Of a DNA stretch of 64,000 bases, positions 51,502-64,000 are shown in pieces (position 1 is the stretch's first letter; each line of letters begins with the position of its first letter). Where the stretch lies: contig NW_024704743.1 of assembly GCF_018977255.1 (NCBI RefSeq), positions 83,702,001-83,766,000 of the forward strand, written 5' to 3'. A model generated the notes under the pieces. That model saw only the letters and a program-made list of their open reading frames with translations, was not told the origin of the DNA and did not search any database. A program made the position numbers and the translations under genes. This DNA is from Callorhinchus milii (taxonomy: Eukaryota).

Positions 51502-54500
51502 CTGAAAGGAAAGATAGAAGAATGCAGTTAGACATAATACATCAGGCAAACTGGAGTGAAAAATGAGGGACATGATCAGATAATTATCACCAGTGGTAAT
51601 TTAATGGTAAGCTAACAAAATACCACCACCACCACCAACAAATTATACTTGTATAGCGCCCTTCACATTGGAAAGACGTCCCAACCAGTTACAAGATAAC
51701 TCAACATATACCAGTGTTTGTTAGACCTGTTGTCTAACCCTTCTCAGGCCTGAAATCCAATCTCACGCTGGAGCCACCCTCTGACTTTCATTTGGAGGAA
51801 AGGCAATCTTGTCAGCTCTGGAATTCACCGTTGCAGCTTTTGAAGTACACAAGTGTGAATCACACTGGGCTTGCTCTCTTGTGAGGCTTAATCAAAGCTC
51901 GGGAATTCTGGATTGAGTAATTTTTAAATATTATGCAAGGGGCCATTTTATGATTGGTTCTTTAACAATATTAACCCCTCCCCCATATGCATGCATCAGG
52001 GAATGTGAACCAAACAAACCCACTTCAAGTCACTATGTATATGAATATTCAGCTCCATTTTTCTACTTAAATAATCTTAAATAACATGTTGGGTAGCTCA
52101 TATTCAGCTTGGGTTGGATATTCTACCTTTTCCATTAACAGTATCTGGATATTTTGTGGGCAGAAATTGAAATACAATATTGCAAGTAGAGGACACAGTA
52201 CAAGCGATGAGAAACAAACACAGCTGAAACTCAACTACAGTACATCTCAAAGGTCATGAAGAATCTAACATTACAGTATTAAATATCGTCGTAGTCATTC
52301 TGGCATCTGCGCTGACTTTGTGTAGCTATATTATTTCCGCATCATACAGGGATGAAAACAGAATTAAGACAGCAAGCGACTACAGAAATCAGGCTCATTT
52401 TTTTCACCAAGGAGGCTATTCAAAAATGCATGAACTAAGACTGTGTTCGTGGAAAAACTAATTGAAAGAAAATTCAAGGAAGTAAATGCAAACCCACATT
52501 TATTGTGGTTGGAATCTATCCCCAAATCTTTACTGAAACAATCTCCACCCCCACACCACCCAATTTACTCCCAAGGTGCGAGGTTCCAAGAAAATCATCC
52601 ATTTCCACACTCAGGGTGTCAGATTACAGAAAACATGTCTCGTTTGACATGTCACAAATTTGTACTGTGAAATCTGAAGGAGTAGCTAGCTCAAGGGGTG
52701 GACACCATGGCTGCTGTATATTTATACGCGATGGCAACAAAAAGGCATAGATCTAATTAGTGTGTTACCAGAAACATAATCATAACAACCCTTACGTTTG
52801 ATATAACCCTTTATCACGTTGCCAAACTGTCTCAAAGATTTTCACAGGATTTACTTTAAAGTGCTCGCCCTCTGAAGGTTGCCTATTAAAGTATCACATA
52901 ACTTTTAAACAATCTACTATAATTTCTATTGTGCTGAGCTGTTCTTCAGATGAGACGTTAAACTGAGGCCCCATCTGCCTGTTCAGGTGGATATTAAAAG
53001 TCCCATGGCACTATTTGAAAAGAAAGGGAGGCTTTCCTGGGGTCCTGGCCAGCAATCCCCCAAATAAAATTGGTCATTTACTTCATGGCAGTGTGGGACA
53101 TTGCTGTGCACAAATTGGCTGCCACATCTGCTTACAAAATACACGCTAACTACAAAATACTACAATAAATCCTGGATCACCAGTGACAACTTTAGACAAG
53201 CCAACCAATGTTCTTTACAGTATAGCTTGTGAGGCACTTTAATATGTCCTCCTAAAGTTAAAGGTGCTACGCCAGATGTAAGGGTTATTATTATCTATGC
53301 CTTTCGGTGGGGGGAGCAACTGGGTGTCTGACACATGTGGAAATCTATCGCCATGCTTAAGTGTATCCAAACCAGACCGAGAGTTGTGCATGCTACCTAC
53401 ACATGGAAATTCCCATGTTTGGAACGGAATGCACATTCTCTCCCCGGAGGTATGCTTCCTGCTTACCTAATTCTGGAAAGTAGTTGGTGCAGGTTAGCAA
53501 GAGCCAAGGCTTGGAAACCGCAGAGTGTGTGTTGAGCGTCTAAGCACAGAGTCTAACCAGCTAAATTATCTATGCCTTAAGTAATGGAACTGGAGATACT
53601 TACTATGTTACTATTTTCATTGAGGAACTAAGGAAATATTAAATACTGCAGGAACTCAGTTAAAACATTGAGACACTTCTAGCCTCAATTCTTTTGTGCT
53701 TAGATTGATCTTGTATCATACCTAAAACTGAAAATGTGTTCAATAAGTTTTTAGGAATTGAAAGTTCACTGTAGGATTTTTCCAAAAAAATGCATAGAAG
53801 ACATAGAATGTGTCAATACAGAAACAGATAATTTGGCCTAATTAGTTCCTGTCAGTGTTTATAGTTCGCATGAGTCCTCATCCCTCCTAATCCCCTCTCT
53901 TATACCTGTCTTGGCAATGAAAACCTTTATTCCTCCATATGGATCTTTTGTAGTTTTACAAAGCCAGAGCTTTTTGTAAAACAGCAATGTAGTTAGTCTT
54001 GTGCTTCCCTATTTCAAGCAGTTTCAGTTCCCTCTATCGTGATAAGATTAACAATGAACAGTACCTTGCATCCAATTTACCAGACAACAAATGGAAACAA
54101 AATGGTGGCTTACAGTCTGCTTAGCCCAATCGGCTGATATAATAGGCTGGCAACAACAACAACAGCAACTTACATTTGTATAGCGACTTTCATGTTGGGA
54201 GGACATCCCAAGGTGCTGACATTTCGGATGTAAACTGGATGAAAATTCCTCCCCGAAATGTGAAACGTATTTTCTTCTACCAAATTCCATGGATCTCCAA
54301 ATGCAAAATGCAAGTTGCTATGGCTTGCACATAATGTCCTCATGTATTTCCCTCCCCTACACAATCACATCACATTGCCAATCATCAGCAGGGGCAAGAA
54401 GCAAAGATAGAAGAGGCAGTTGGTGGAAAATAACGTACAAGTGCCTGTGGATCAACAACAACTTGCATTTACATAATGCTCTTCACGCGGGTAGCGGCTC

Positions 54501-56664
54501 GGAGTGCTTAAAAAAGTGGTGTGATTTGACGCTGAGCTGGAAAGAGAAGGGAAGTTACCAAAGGCTCAATCAAGGAGGAAGGTCTTCAAGTTTGATTTGA
54601 GGTCAGGCAAAGAGGGGATAAGACAGGCTCAAAGGAAATTGAATCTTTCCCACCATGGGCCAGTGAGCAACGACAACCACAACCTAAACACATCTCAAGT
54701 GTGGAGCATGGCTTTTTTATGGGGGGGTTACGCAAAGCTCACTGGTACAAAGTCAATGCAGTGTGAAATTGAAAAGCCACTGACAGTGCACAATAATAAA
54801 GAGACGGCAGAACTTGGGGCAATGTCTGCTGCACAACAGGGCATCTACAGACAATGTGTGAAGGGTGTTAATTAGACATTATCGCTGCTACCTCTCCCTC
54901 CTGGTCAGCTTGCACAGCTTGAACCTTCACAGACACGAATTGCTAAAGCATTCTTGGAACAGGACACTGGTGCATGCAATTACCAATTGATTTGAACATA
55001 AGAGGGCATGTCTGGATCTGTTGGGCTCAGGAGAATGCAGATCAGTATCTTGACTTTCGGAGAAGAAAAAAAGTGGGAAAGCTGAAAATCTGAAATAATT
55101 ATATTCTTTGCATTTGATATAGTACCTTATCACATCTCGTGGCGCTTCACAGAAGTTTCTGTAAAGAGGAGTGGTTTTATTTGCAGATAAATGCAGTAAT
55201 ATTTAGCAAACAGTCAGGAAGTGAATGACCAATTTTATTTGGAGGGTTGTTGGCCAGGATACCGGGAGAACGTCTCTTCTCATTTTGAATCTTGCCATGT
55301 GATCTCTAACCTGAATAGGCAAGACAGGAGCTTGGTTTAACTTCCCATTCAAAGGTATCTTGAACAATGCAGGGACCCCTAGTACTGCATTTGAGTCTTG
55401 GCTTAGCCTATGTGAATTCAAAGTTCCGACGTGGAGCTTAGGATCCACCACCTCCTGTCTCAACAACAACAACAACAAGATTCCATTTATAAAGCGCCTT
55501 TCACGTCAGGAGGACGTCCCATCTCATCAGCGAGATTGGTACCAATTGAGCTAGGTTGACACAACAAATAAAACATAAGCACTGGAAATTGACAACATGT
55601 TCTGAAAGAGAACAACAGATTCATACCCAAAACTCTTGTTTAATTTTCAGTTCTAGTTTTGGCTTTCTAAGCACAGGCATACAAAGATTGAAACAATTAA
55701 GCTATTACATTACAGAAAGACTGGATTGGTGAACCAACCTGATAAACAGCCCATATATTAACCATACCTTTCCTCTGCTCTATGGTTGCAACATGAAACC
55801 TAGTTCTCTTCTCATGTTTCAATAGATATTAAATATCCCATGGGGCCATTGCAGATATTTGGGAGTTGGGCTTGGGGGGACTTGATGAGGAGATGATGAA
55901 GACTGGAGGAGGAGGTCCATACTGGTAGAGATTGTTTACTACTCAAAGTCTTTATCAATGTTACTTTTGCACAAGGTACTAGGAGTGGCCGAAATATAAC
56001 CTGGAGTGAGAAAAGGAATGTTCCTTCTAATTGTCAGGTCTCTCTGTGAGTAGGATGTTTGGTATGTGACCTGACAGTTATGTCTCAGATGAAGAGTTCA
56101 TTTTGTAGATAAGATTCTGTGTCCCATATATACTGACTTGGCAACAAATGCATCTAACACATGCCAGCACTCTGTGTAAAAGAATCCCTGTTTGAAAACA
56201 AACGAAATTTATCAACTATCTTGTTATACAAATCAGCCTAAATGGACTGCCTGGTAACTGGTACTACAAGGCATAGTCTTTGCTTTTAAGAATTCAATAA
56301 AGTATTTCTGTCAAATAATGTTCCAAGATTCAATGAACTACAATATTTAACGGCTTTGATTTGACAGGCGTCATTGGTGCCTGCTCACGCCATCTGCCTC
56401 CTGAAGTGACAGTCGCTTTGTAATACTGCAGTTTATATAATTTCTATGACATGTTTTTAGGCTCTCAACTTGGCTGCATTTCAATGAGACGATGCAATGC
56501 TTGGAGCTGGAACTGAGCTTGCCACTGGGTTTCCCAGTGATACTTGTATTGAATTAACAGAAATGCCGAGAATCAGGCAGCAGCTATCCTTATGGTCTGT
56601 GTCAAAGCTAGCTTTAGCTCTTTACTGGCACTAGCAAATGTTTCACAATTCAAGCTGGACTTTT

Positions 56665-56975
56665 ATTTAGGAAATCCTGGGCGTCCCACTGAACTTAGGA
56701 AATTCCTGATGTGTTGCAACTGACTTTCTATATACAGGGTGACTAAAAGGTCATGTTAACTATCCTATTATCTAAAAAAAACATAATTTCTTTAAGACTT
56801 ATTAGACATTGTAATGGTATCACGATTTATTGGTCACCCTGTGTAAGGAATCCCTAATGTGTCCCAATTGTCTCTTTATATGGAGAATCTTATATAGGGA
56901 ATCCCTGGGCTTGTCCTAACTGACTCTCTGTATCTAGGGAATACCTGGATGTGTCCTGATGGACAATTCTGGATC
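56665..56975 (+). repeat. Diverged ~35-40-bp minisatellite (ggaatccctgggtgtgtcc..ctgact.tct.tata) interrupted by a MITE
   Basis: About five degenerate units flanking 56735-56841. Confidence 0.6.
56735..56841. mobile_element. 107-bp mariner-type MITE
   Basis: TA-CAGGGTGACTAA ... TTGGTCACCCTG terminal inverted repeats. Confidence 0.65.
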
Positions 56976-57949
56976 TGCACCCAGAAAGTTCAGTCACTGA
57001 CTTCACGTCAGTGGCAGCTGAGATCAGCATCTGAGTGGAGTTTTATCGGGTTACTGTGACACATCCAGGAATTTGGTGTCAGCCTGGCTCAACTGGTAGC
57101 ATTCTTACTTCTAGTCAGAAGGTTCAAGCTCCATGTCGACATTGTCTAGGCTTGCACTCCAGTGCTGGGGAACAACTGCATTTTCAGAGGTGCTGTCCTT
57201 CGGGTGAGATATTAAACCGATCTGCCTGTTCAGGTAGACATTAAAGATTTCACAGTACTATTCAAAAAGAGAAGTTTCTTCTGGTTTCCTGGCCAAAAAT
57301 TTTATTCTTGTTATCCTTGTTCCTATGTTTGGCAGTCGAAAAGAAATGCTGCAGATCTTTCCCTCTGGAGATCAAATGAGTAAATTATAGCGTATCATTG
57401 GGTAGCTTATCCATAAGAATGTTTGTTGAATATAGTTCTTTTCATTCCATGTTCTTTTTTTTCCTTAACACAAGAACAGCTAGGTACACAAATTGTGTAC
57501 TGGTGGTTTGTTTTGTGTTAATCTCTGGATGTTGACAATGCTGGCAGGGCCAGCATTAATTACCCATTCCAGCGATAAGGACAAGATAAAGCTACCTTTT
57601 TTCAACTGGGCGGGGGTGGGGGGGTGGATTAGGGTTAGGAATCTTATGGGGTATGTAACATGCTACATGGGTGGGAGAAATTAAACCCAGAACAATATTT
57701 TCAATGCACCAAATCTCTTGGACAAGAGGAATCATGGGACCATGTCTATGAAGGGCATGTTAAGGTAAATACCTGAAAGATTTATTTACAAAGAAGGTAG
57801 CAGGCAGCTAGAAGAAGGGTGATTGAGGTCAGGTTGCTATAGAATAGAATCTTTACGAAGCACTGCATTTCCCATCTCTGTATTACTACAATGCAGATCC
57901 TGATCTCATGAGATAGGCATCTCAGATCTTGTTCTGAGAACTTGTATTA

Positions 57950-58778
57950 AATACTCTTTGGCTCCCGTCAAAGTCTTCTATCCTATGCGTCTGAACTCCT
58001 CAACCCCGCCCACCGGTTCTCCCTCAGACTCACCGAACCTGTGCGCAACTTAAGACGTTAGGTTCGATCCCCAGCTTTCCTTTCTGCCCCACGTCTGTTC
58101 CCTGACCAGAAACGCCTTTTTCCAACTCTGCCACATTGCTCGTCTCCGTCTGGACCTCACAACTGACGTAGCTGAAACAATGTATGTGAATAATAATTTA
58201 TCTGATCCCCACGCCTTCGTCACTTCTCAGCTGGACTATTCTAATACCCTCCTCGCTGGTCTCCCCAGCTCCACCATACACAAAATACAATACAAAACTC
58301 TGCCGCACAACTCTCACCTGCACAAAACTCCGTACCCCCATCACACCAATCCTTTGCCAGGCTCCACTGGCTCCCAATTACCGAACGGATCGATTTCAAG
58401 ATCCTCTCACTCATTTTCAAATCACTTGATGCCCTCGCACCTCTCTACTTATCCAACCTGCTTATCCCCCACTCCATCACCCGCTGCCTCTGCTCAGCTG
58501 GATCCGGCCACCTATTTGTCCCACGTGCCCTCCGTTCCACCATCGGTGGCCGTGCCTTCAACCACTAAGTCTCAAAATCTGGAACTCTCTCCGCCAATCA
58601 CTCCGCCTTGCCCCCTCACTCCCCATCTTCAAATCCTGCATAAAGACCTTTTTGATCACGCTTAGTTACCTACCCCCTCCCTCTCCCCCTGGCTCACTAT
58701 CAGACTCCGCCACTGCCAAGCGCTCCGGGACATTACCCCGTGTGAAAGCCAATATATGAATGCAAGCTGCTGTTGTTC
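57950..58778 (+). mobile_element. L2 LINE 3' fragment
   Basis: HAFVTSQLDYSNTLLAGLP motif in ORF 58180-58665; L2-type 3' end with TGTTGTT tail. Confidence 0.88.
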
Positions 58779-59574
58779 TGTTTAGTACCATATTGTGGAA
58801 AGTATGGTACTAAATAAATTGTTAACAACTTACATTTATATAGCGCCCTTAATGCGGGTTAGCGTCCCAGAGCGCTAGAGCGGATAAATCCTTGCGATAT
58901 CATAATTCTGTATTGCAATGCTCTCATAAGAAAAAAAACCCTCAGGCCTGAAGCAATTCTTAAGCAATCATTTCATGGAGCAATGATTCCCAGAAGCCTG
59001 TCTGGATGCACTGAGAGAATGTTTCTTGGCTGCTTCTCCTCACCTCAGTTTATGTATGTGAATAATAATTCATCTGATCCCCAGGATAACTATCAGATGG
59101 GAACAGCTGGACGCCTCATTTGGGGCTGAAGTTGAATGTAAAAATAATCATTTTCAGGCTTGTTGAATGGAATCAAAGGAGACAAATATCACAGTCCTAC
59201 TTCCCTGCACGTATTCAAACAGCTGGCAGCCACGAATCTCGTGCTGTTCTGTATCTATAATTTTCGGTGGATTAAGTCCATTTAAATATTGTTTGCACTG
59301 ATATGGGGAGGCAAACAGTAAGCCAAGGAGTACATTACTACCATAAATCATAAATAATAATAATATTATTATTATAAATCATAAATCAGTAAGAGTAAAA
59401 CAGTCTAGGTGCAGTATATATTTGGGTCAAATCATTTATTTTAGCAACTAAAACAAGACACTCATTTCTCAGTAACTATTCTACTTGGGGAGGGAGTAAG
59501 TGGTGGGATTTCTTGAAATGAGCTGTCATTACTGTGATGTGCTTGGCAGCAGTATGTTGGAATCGAGTCACTCC

Positions 59575-60135
59575 TTTGTGGTGGTGTCAGTAGTCCTGTT
59601 CCTGAACCTCTGCAGTACTCCAGGACATTGCTACTGACAGACCAGCCAGCCTCGCTCATCAGCAGGATGTGGAGGGAAAACTAGTCACTGGGAACAGGGA
59701 TTTTTCCCACTCAGCTTCTGATAACACTGCAAGCTGCAGCCCAAATAGGTGAGGGTGGTCCCAGCTGTACAAGTAGCAGGAAATTTGCCAGACAAACATT
59801 ACTTTCAATGGTAATCTATGTGCTTTTAGCTGCCTGAACTCCAGCAATATCCCATTGCACACACCAGTCTCCAGGATTGGCTTTTGGCAATCTGCACCTA
59901 ATATAGAATTAGGTAAGCAGGGTATGTCATTGCGAGGAGAGAGTTCGAAATACAAATTCTACTTACAGAACGCCTTTCACAGCAAGTTCCAAACACTTCT
60001 AAGTTCCAGACATACGATGGCATGTGTAGTCACATGTTGGTGGCATACATATTTAAGACTCTCAATCTCATTTGGATGCACTTAAGCATGATGATAGGTT
60101 TCCACATGTTTCAGACACCTGGCTGACCATAAAAA
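59575..60135 (+). mobile_element. Unclassified ~550-bp dispersed repeat, longest copy
   Basis: Shares blocks (cagctcctgttaaccctgcaag; cctaatactctccagaattagg; cttaagcatggcgat..catgtgtcagacacccagctgacc+A) with copies at about 2965-3165, 24990-25300, 27320-27385, 34410-34705, 47688-48050, 60940-61131 (+) and 13826-14035, 53315-53535 (-). Confidence 0.75.
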
Positions 60136-61839
60136 ATTCTTAAGCAAAATAATTCTCATCCTCCCTGAAAAAGAGAGATGTTTTCTTGTGTAGGTTGTTT
60201 CTTGTCGACAGATGCTATCTTTGGCAACCTAGTTTTTCTTAAAATAATTTATCACATATATGCAGTTTGTGGGGTTGAGGCTGCTAGATATTATCGTAAA
60301 ACAGTGTATGTAAACAGGCGGGGGAGGGGGTAGAGAGGGTGGGGTGCAGGGAACCCACCATTTCCTGTTATGCTAAAACAACAAGATCAAGGCTTAATAA
60401 TTTAAAAACATTCATCTTTGATTTAAATTACAGGTTTAATTTTTTTAAATTCAGCAGCTTCTGCTGGACAAGCATGGACACAACTTTATTAAACAATATT
60501 TCTACAAAGTGTAGCGAGACTAGAGTGACATCTCTTCTCAGGCACAACAATAATAATAATAATAATCCTTCCATTTGATATGTTTTTCACGTCAGGAGGA
60601 CGTCTCAAAGCCCTTTGCTATAAAGCGACTGTATATTTTGTAGGTGTCGATTTGCAGACAGCAATGTCGCCACAAACAATAACGTACATTTACTGTATGA
60701 TGTGCCTTTTGTACCTCAGAGCTCTGAACAGCCCTGAAGTGAACGGTCGATTTAAATTGGAGAATTGTTGGCCAGGACACTGGAAGAAACTCTTCCTCTT
60801 TTTTGAATAGTGCCATGGGATTTTTAATGTCCTTCTGAACAAGCAGATGGAACCTCTGTTTATCATCTCATCAGAAGGATGGCTCTGCCAATATTGCCAA
60901 CATTGTAACACTGAATTGGAATCAGTCTAGTGAATTCAAAGTCCCACTCAGCTCCTGTTAACCCTGCAAGGCAAAGTCATTATAGATAAAGTGGTGGAAG
61001 TTGGACAAGCAGCAGGAAGTTTGCAAAACAGTGCTTTCAATGCCAAGCTAGGTGGTTTTAATGGTCCTTCACTCTTGCCAACCTGTGTCTTGGGTTTCCG
61101 CATGTGTCAGTCACCCGGCTGACCAAAAAAAAGGTGAGGCTGATCGGGAGCAGGGGATATGAAGCAGTGTAACATCATTGCAACCTTCCTACACAATACA
61201 ACTGCAGCATGCCTACCAATGTGTGAAGTGCAAAAACAATCCTACTAGTCATTTTTATTGCATGAGATAAATGCAGACCAATGTAGATGAATGCAACCGG
61301 TTCCTCAATTTCTGCTGTTCTGAAAGCAGATCTGGTCCAGCATTGGGAAGAAAGCAAAGCTCTGTAAATGGCCATCAACTTTTTTGGAGCCTATTATGTC
61401 ACTTGAAAGCCTGAGAGTATCATACTGCACAAACAGCTTATCATTCTCATCATAGTGGGGAAATGTAAATATTTAGTCCCATCGCTTTTGTTCTTTAGAG
61501 CGTCTCCGGTGACTCTGAGACATCACAATAACAGGCAGCTAATCTTTTCTATTTAACACACAGTACTATCAGGTTACAAATAGATTTTTTAAAAAAACCT
61601 GTTCCACCATAAAGAACACGTAGCTATACAAAGTAAATTGGATAGAACATGTTTAGTTATGTCTGTATGAAGGATGTATTAAGTATTTAATGCAAGCCAT
61701 GACATACTGTAAATAAAAATGGCTTGTGATTTTACTGTGAGGGAAATAGCAGGGCTTCAGAACGTGGGTCAAACTAATTGTAACCTCGAGCTCAGGCACT
61801 TGCACTCGGTTGTTTTTACACTACCTAACCACGTTCACA

Positions 61840-64000
61840 CGGGGAGCGGCGGCAGGACAGCGCGGGGGGCCGGGGGGTGTGTGGGCGGGGAGAGGTGGGG
61901 CGGGGGGGGGGTGTGGAGGCGGGGGGGGAAACCGCTGACCTCATAGTTTAGTTTCAGGAGTGTGCGCGCGCAACACACACAAAAAAAAACCCTCTGCGCC
62001 CCCCCAGGGCTCGCATCAGGGACCACCATGGTCCTGTCGGGTTGGCTGCCCCAGCCCCAGCCTATGGGCTTATGCCATCCACCTGACCGCTCGCTCCCTC
62101 CCGGTCCCCGCATGCGCATTATGGCTGCCACTCTGACCCTCACCCCCTCCCTCCCTCCCCCCTCTGCATCTCTCACGCTCTGTCCTCCTCTCTTTCCATC
62201 CTCCCACAACCTCCCTCTGTTCCAGTCTGGGAATCCTCCGCCGGGCTCACCGTGGCACTCGGCGTTGGCTGTCCAGCAGCAGCCACACCGACTGCCCCAT
62301 TCCCCACCACACTCGCCAGCCACCCCGGACACAGACCCGAGAAGCCAACCTCTCCTCCCTCATCCCCATTCCCCCCACCCCTGCCTCACAACCTGAAACC
62401 CCTTCCTCCCCACACACCATTCTGTCACCCGCTCCCTCCACATCGGACTATAATACGTCCGCTCCCTCTGTAACAAGGCCCTGGTCATCAACGATCTCAT
62501 CCTCGATGAGAGCGTTGACATCATGGCCTTAATGGAAACCTGGCTTACCCCAAGCGACACCTTCCCCCTCACGGAGGCCACACCACCCGGCTACACCTCC
62601 CACCACATCCCTTGCCCCAACCGGCGTGGCAGTGGTCTAGCCCTTAGCTCAAGGACACCACTTGCCCTATCCCCCTACTCCTCTGGCTCTTTCCCCTCTT
62701 TTGAGCACCTCACCCTCTCCCACCCCTCCTATCTCTCACTCAAAATCCTCCTCGTCTACCGACCCCCTAAATCCTCTCCCACCATCATCTGCGATATTTC
62801 TACCCTACTAACATCTCTCTGCCTCTGCTCTGATCGCCTCATCATCCTGGGCGACTTCAACCTGCACTTCACCCCCTCCTGCTCCATCTCCTCGGACCTC
62901 TCCTCTCTGCTCTCCTCGCTCAACCTCTCCCTCCACATCAACTCCGCCACTCACAGTCAAGACCACCCACTTGATTTGGTGATCACCCGGGGCCTCAGTG
63001 TCTCGGATGTCACCATTACCGACAAGGCCGTCTCCGATCACCACTTCATCTCCTTCACCACCTCTACCTCTCTCCCCACCTCCACCAGACCCACTACCAT
63101 CTTCTACTGCCTCTGGAAGAAGTTACCCCCACAATCCCTAACCGCTGCCTTGGAGTCCTCTGAACTCCTCTCCCTCTGGCCTTCATCCCTCACTGACCCC
63201 TCTTCTGCTCTCACCCTCCTCCACAACACCCTCTCCTCCACACTCGACACTCTTGCCCCCATCACCTTCCGTACTGTCTCTTACTCTCGCTCCTCCCCCT
63301 GGTTCACCACCCACCTCCGCTCACTGAAGAGGTGAGGGCCGCTGAACGCACCTGCCTCAAATCTGGCCTAACGGCCCACTGACAAATCTGGCTGGACCTC
63401 CTCAAAATCTACCGCTCCACTCTAGCCTCGGCCAAGTCGTCCTTCTACTCCATAATCCTGGATAATCCTGGAGGCGAAGAACAACCCCAGGCTTCTGTTC
63501 TCTACCACATCCCGACTCCTCCGTCCCCCCGCCACCCCGCGCAGGTCATCTCCTCCAACCTTCACTGCGAGGAGATGCTGGATTTCCTTGAATCCCAAAT
63601 CAAGGGAATCCGCTCCGCGGTCACTGCCCCTCCAACTTCCACCCACCCCTTCCCTCCCACACTCCGACTCCTACCCATCCTCCCCTACACACCTTTGAAC
63701 CCGTTTCTCCACCCTCTGTCACCAACCTCATCCTGTCCCTGAAACCCACCACCTGCTCCCTTGACCCCATCCCCCTCCACTCCTTATCTCTCAGCTCCAC
63801 CTCCTTGCCCCACTTCTCACAGACATCATCAACCTGTCCCTCTCCTCTGGCTCTGTTCCCATTCCCCTAAAAACTGCCACCATCACTCCCACTTTGAAAA
63901 AACTCTCCCTTGATGCGTCGCAGCTATCAAGCTACCGGCCCATCTCCAACCTCCCCTTCCTGTCCAAGGTCCTTAAAACAGTTGTCGCCTCCCAGCTGCG
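61840..64000 (+). mobile_element. Decayed L2-clade LINE: GC-rich 5' region, APE endonuclease, linker and start of the RT region; runs off the window
   Basis: ORF 62523-63335 has APE motifs METWL, VYRPP, ILGDFN, LDLVIT, SDH and SPWFT; downstream TCSLDPIP and YRPISNLPFLSK-like segments with frameshifts and stops; C-rich sense strand. Confidence 0.92.

Noticed and set aside
57837..57875. Minus-strand MGNAVLRKDSIL* as the Golli start exon
   Set aside because: Similarity to MGNHAGKREL is limited to MGN, it hits a stop and has no good phase-0 donor; the real exon is probably beyond 64000.
58781..58814. 12-bp hairpin TTTAGTACCATA/TATGGTACTAAA
   Set aside because: Short, AT-rich and between two L2 tails; no evidence of function.

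Overview
Repeat-rich vertebrate genomic DNA; the protein and SINE content point to a cartilaginous fish, possibly a holocephalan (inference). The whole window lies inside one minus-strand gene, Golli-MBP (myelin basic protein). Five coding exons are supported by AG/GT splice sites, consistent phases and recognisable peptide: a Golli-specific exon (51426-51501), the large Golli/classic-MBP exon (20217-20689) and three classic MBP exons (4187-4288 with VVHFFKN, 2639-2665, 2252-2293). The Golli start exon and the last MBP exons were not found and probably lie outside the window. Introns hold tRNA-Ala-headed SINEs, Deu-domain SINEs, L2 and CR1 LINE fragments (including a decayed L2 at 61.8-64 kb), Tc1/mariner-type MITEs, minisatellites and an unclassified ~550-bp dispersed repeat. 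Nearly all other ORFs in the track are spurious or repeat-derived. I found no convincing wholly new biological system. The best leads are a read-through Golli isoform ending VSSEG*, the classic-MBP promoter apparently embedded in Golli coding sequence, two in-frame MBP starts, SoxE/EGR enhancer candidates, a decayed hammerhead motif and a perfect 21-bp hairpin. All homology statements are from memory and by-eye alignment; no searches were run.
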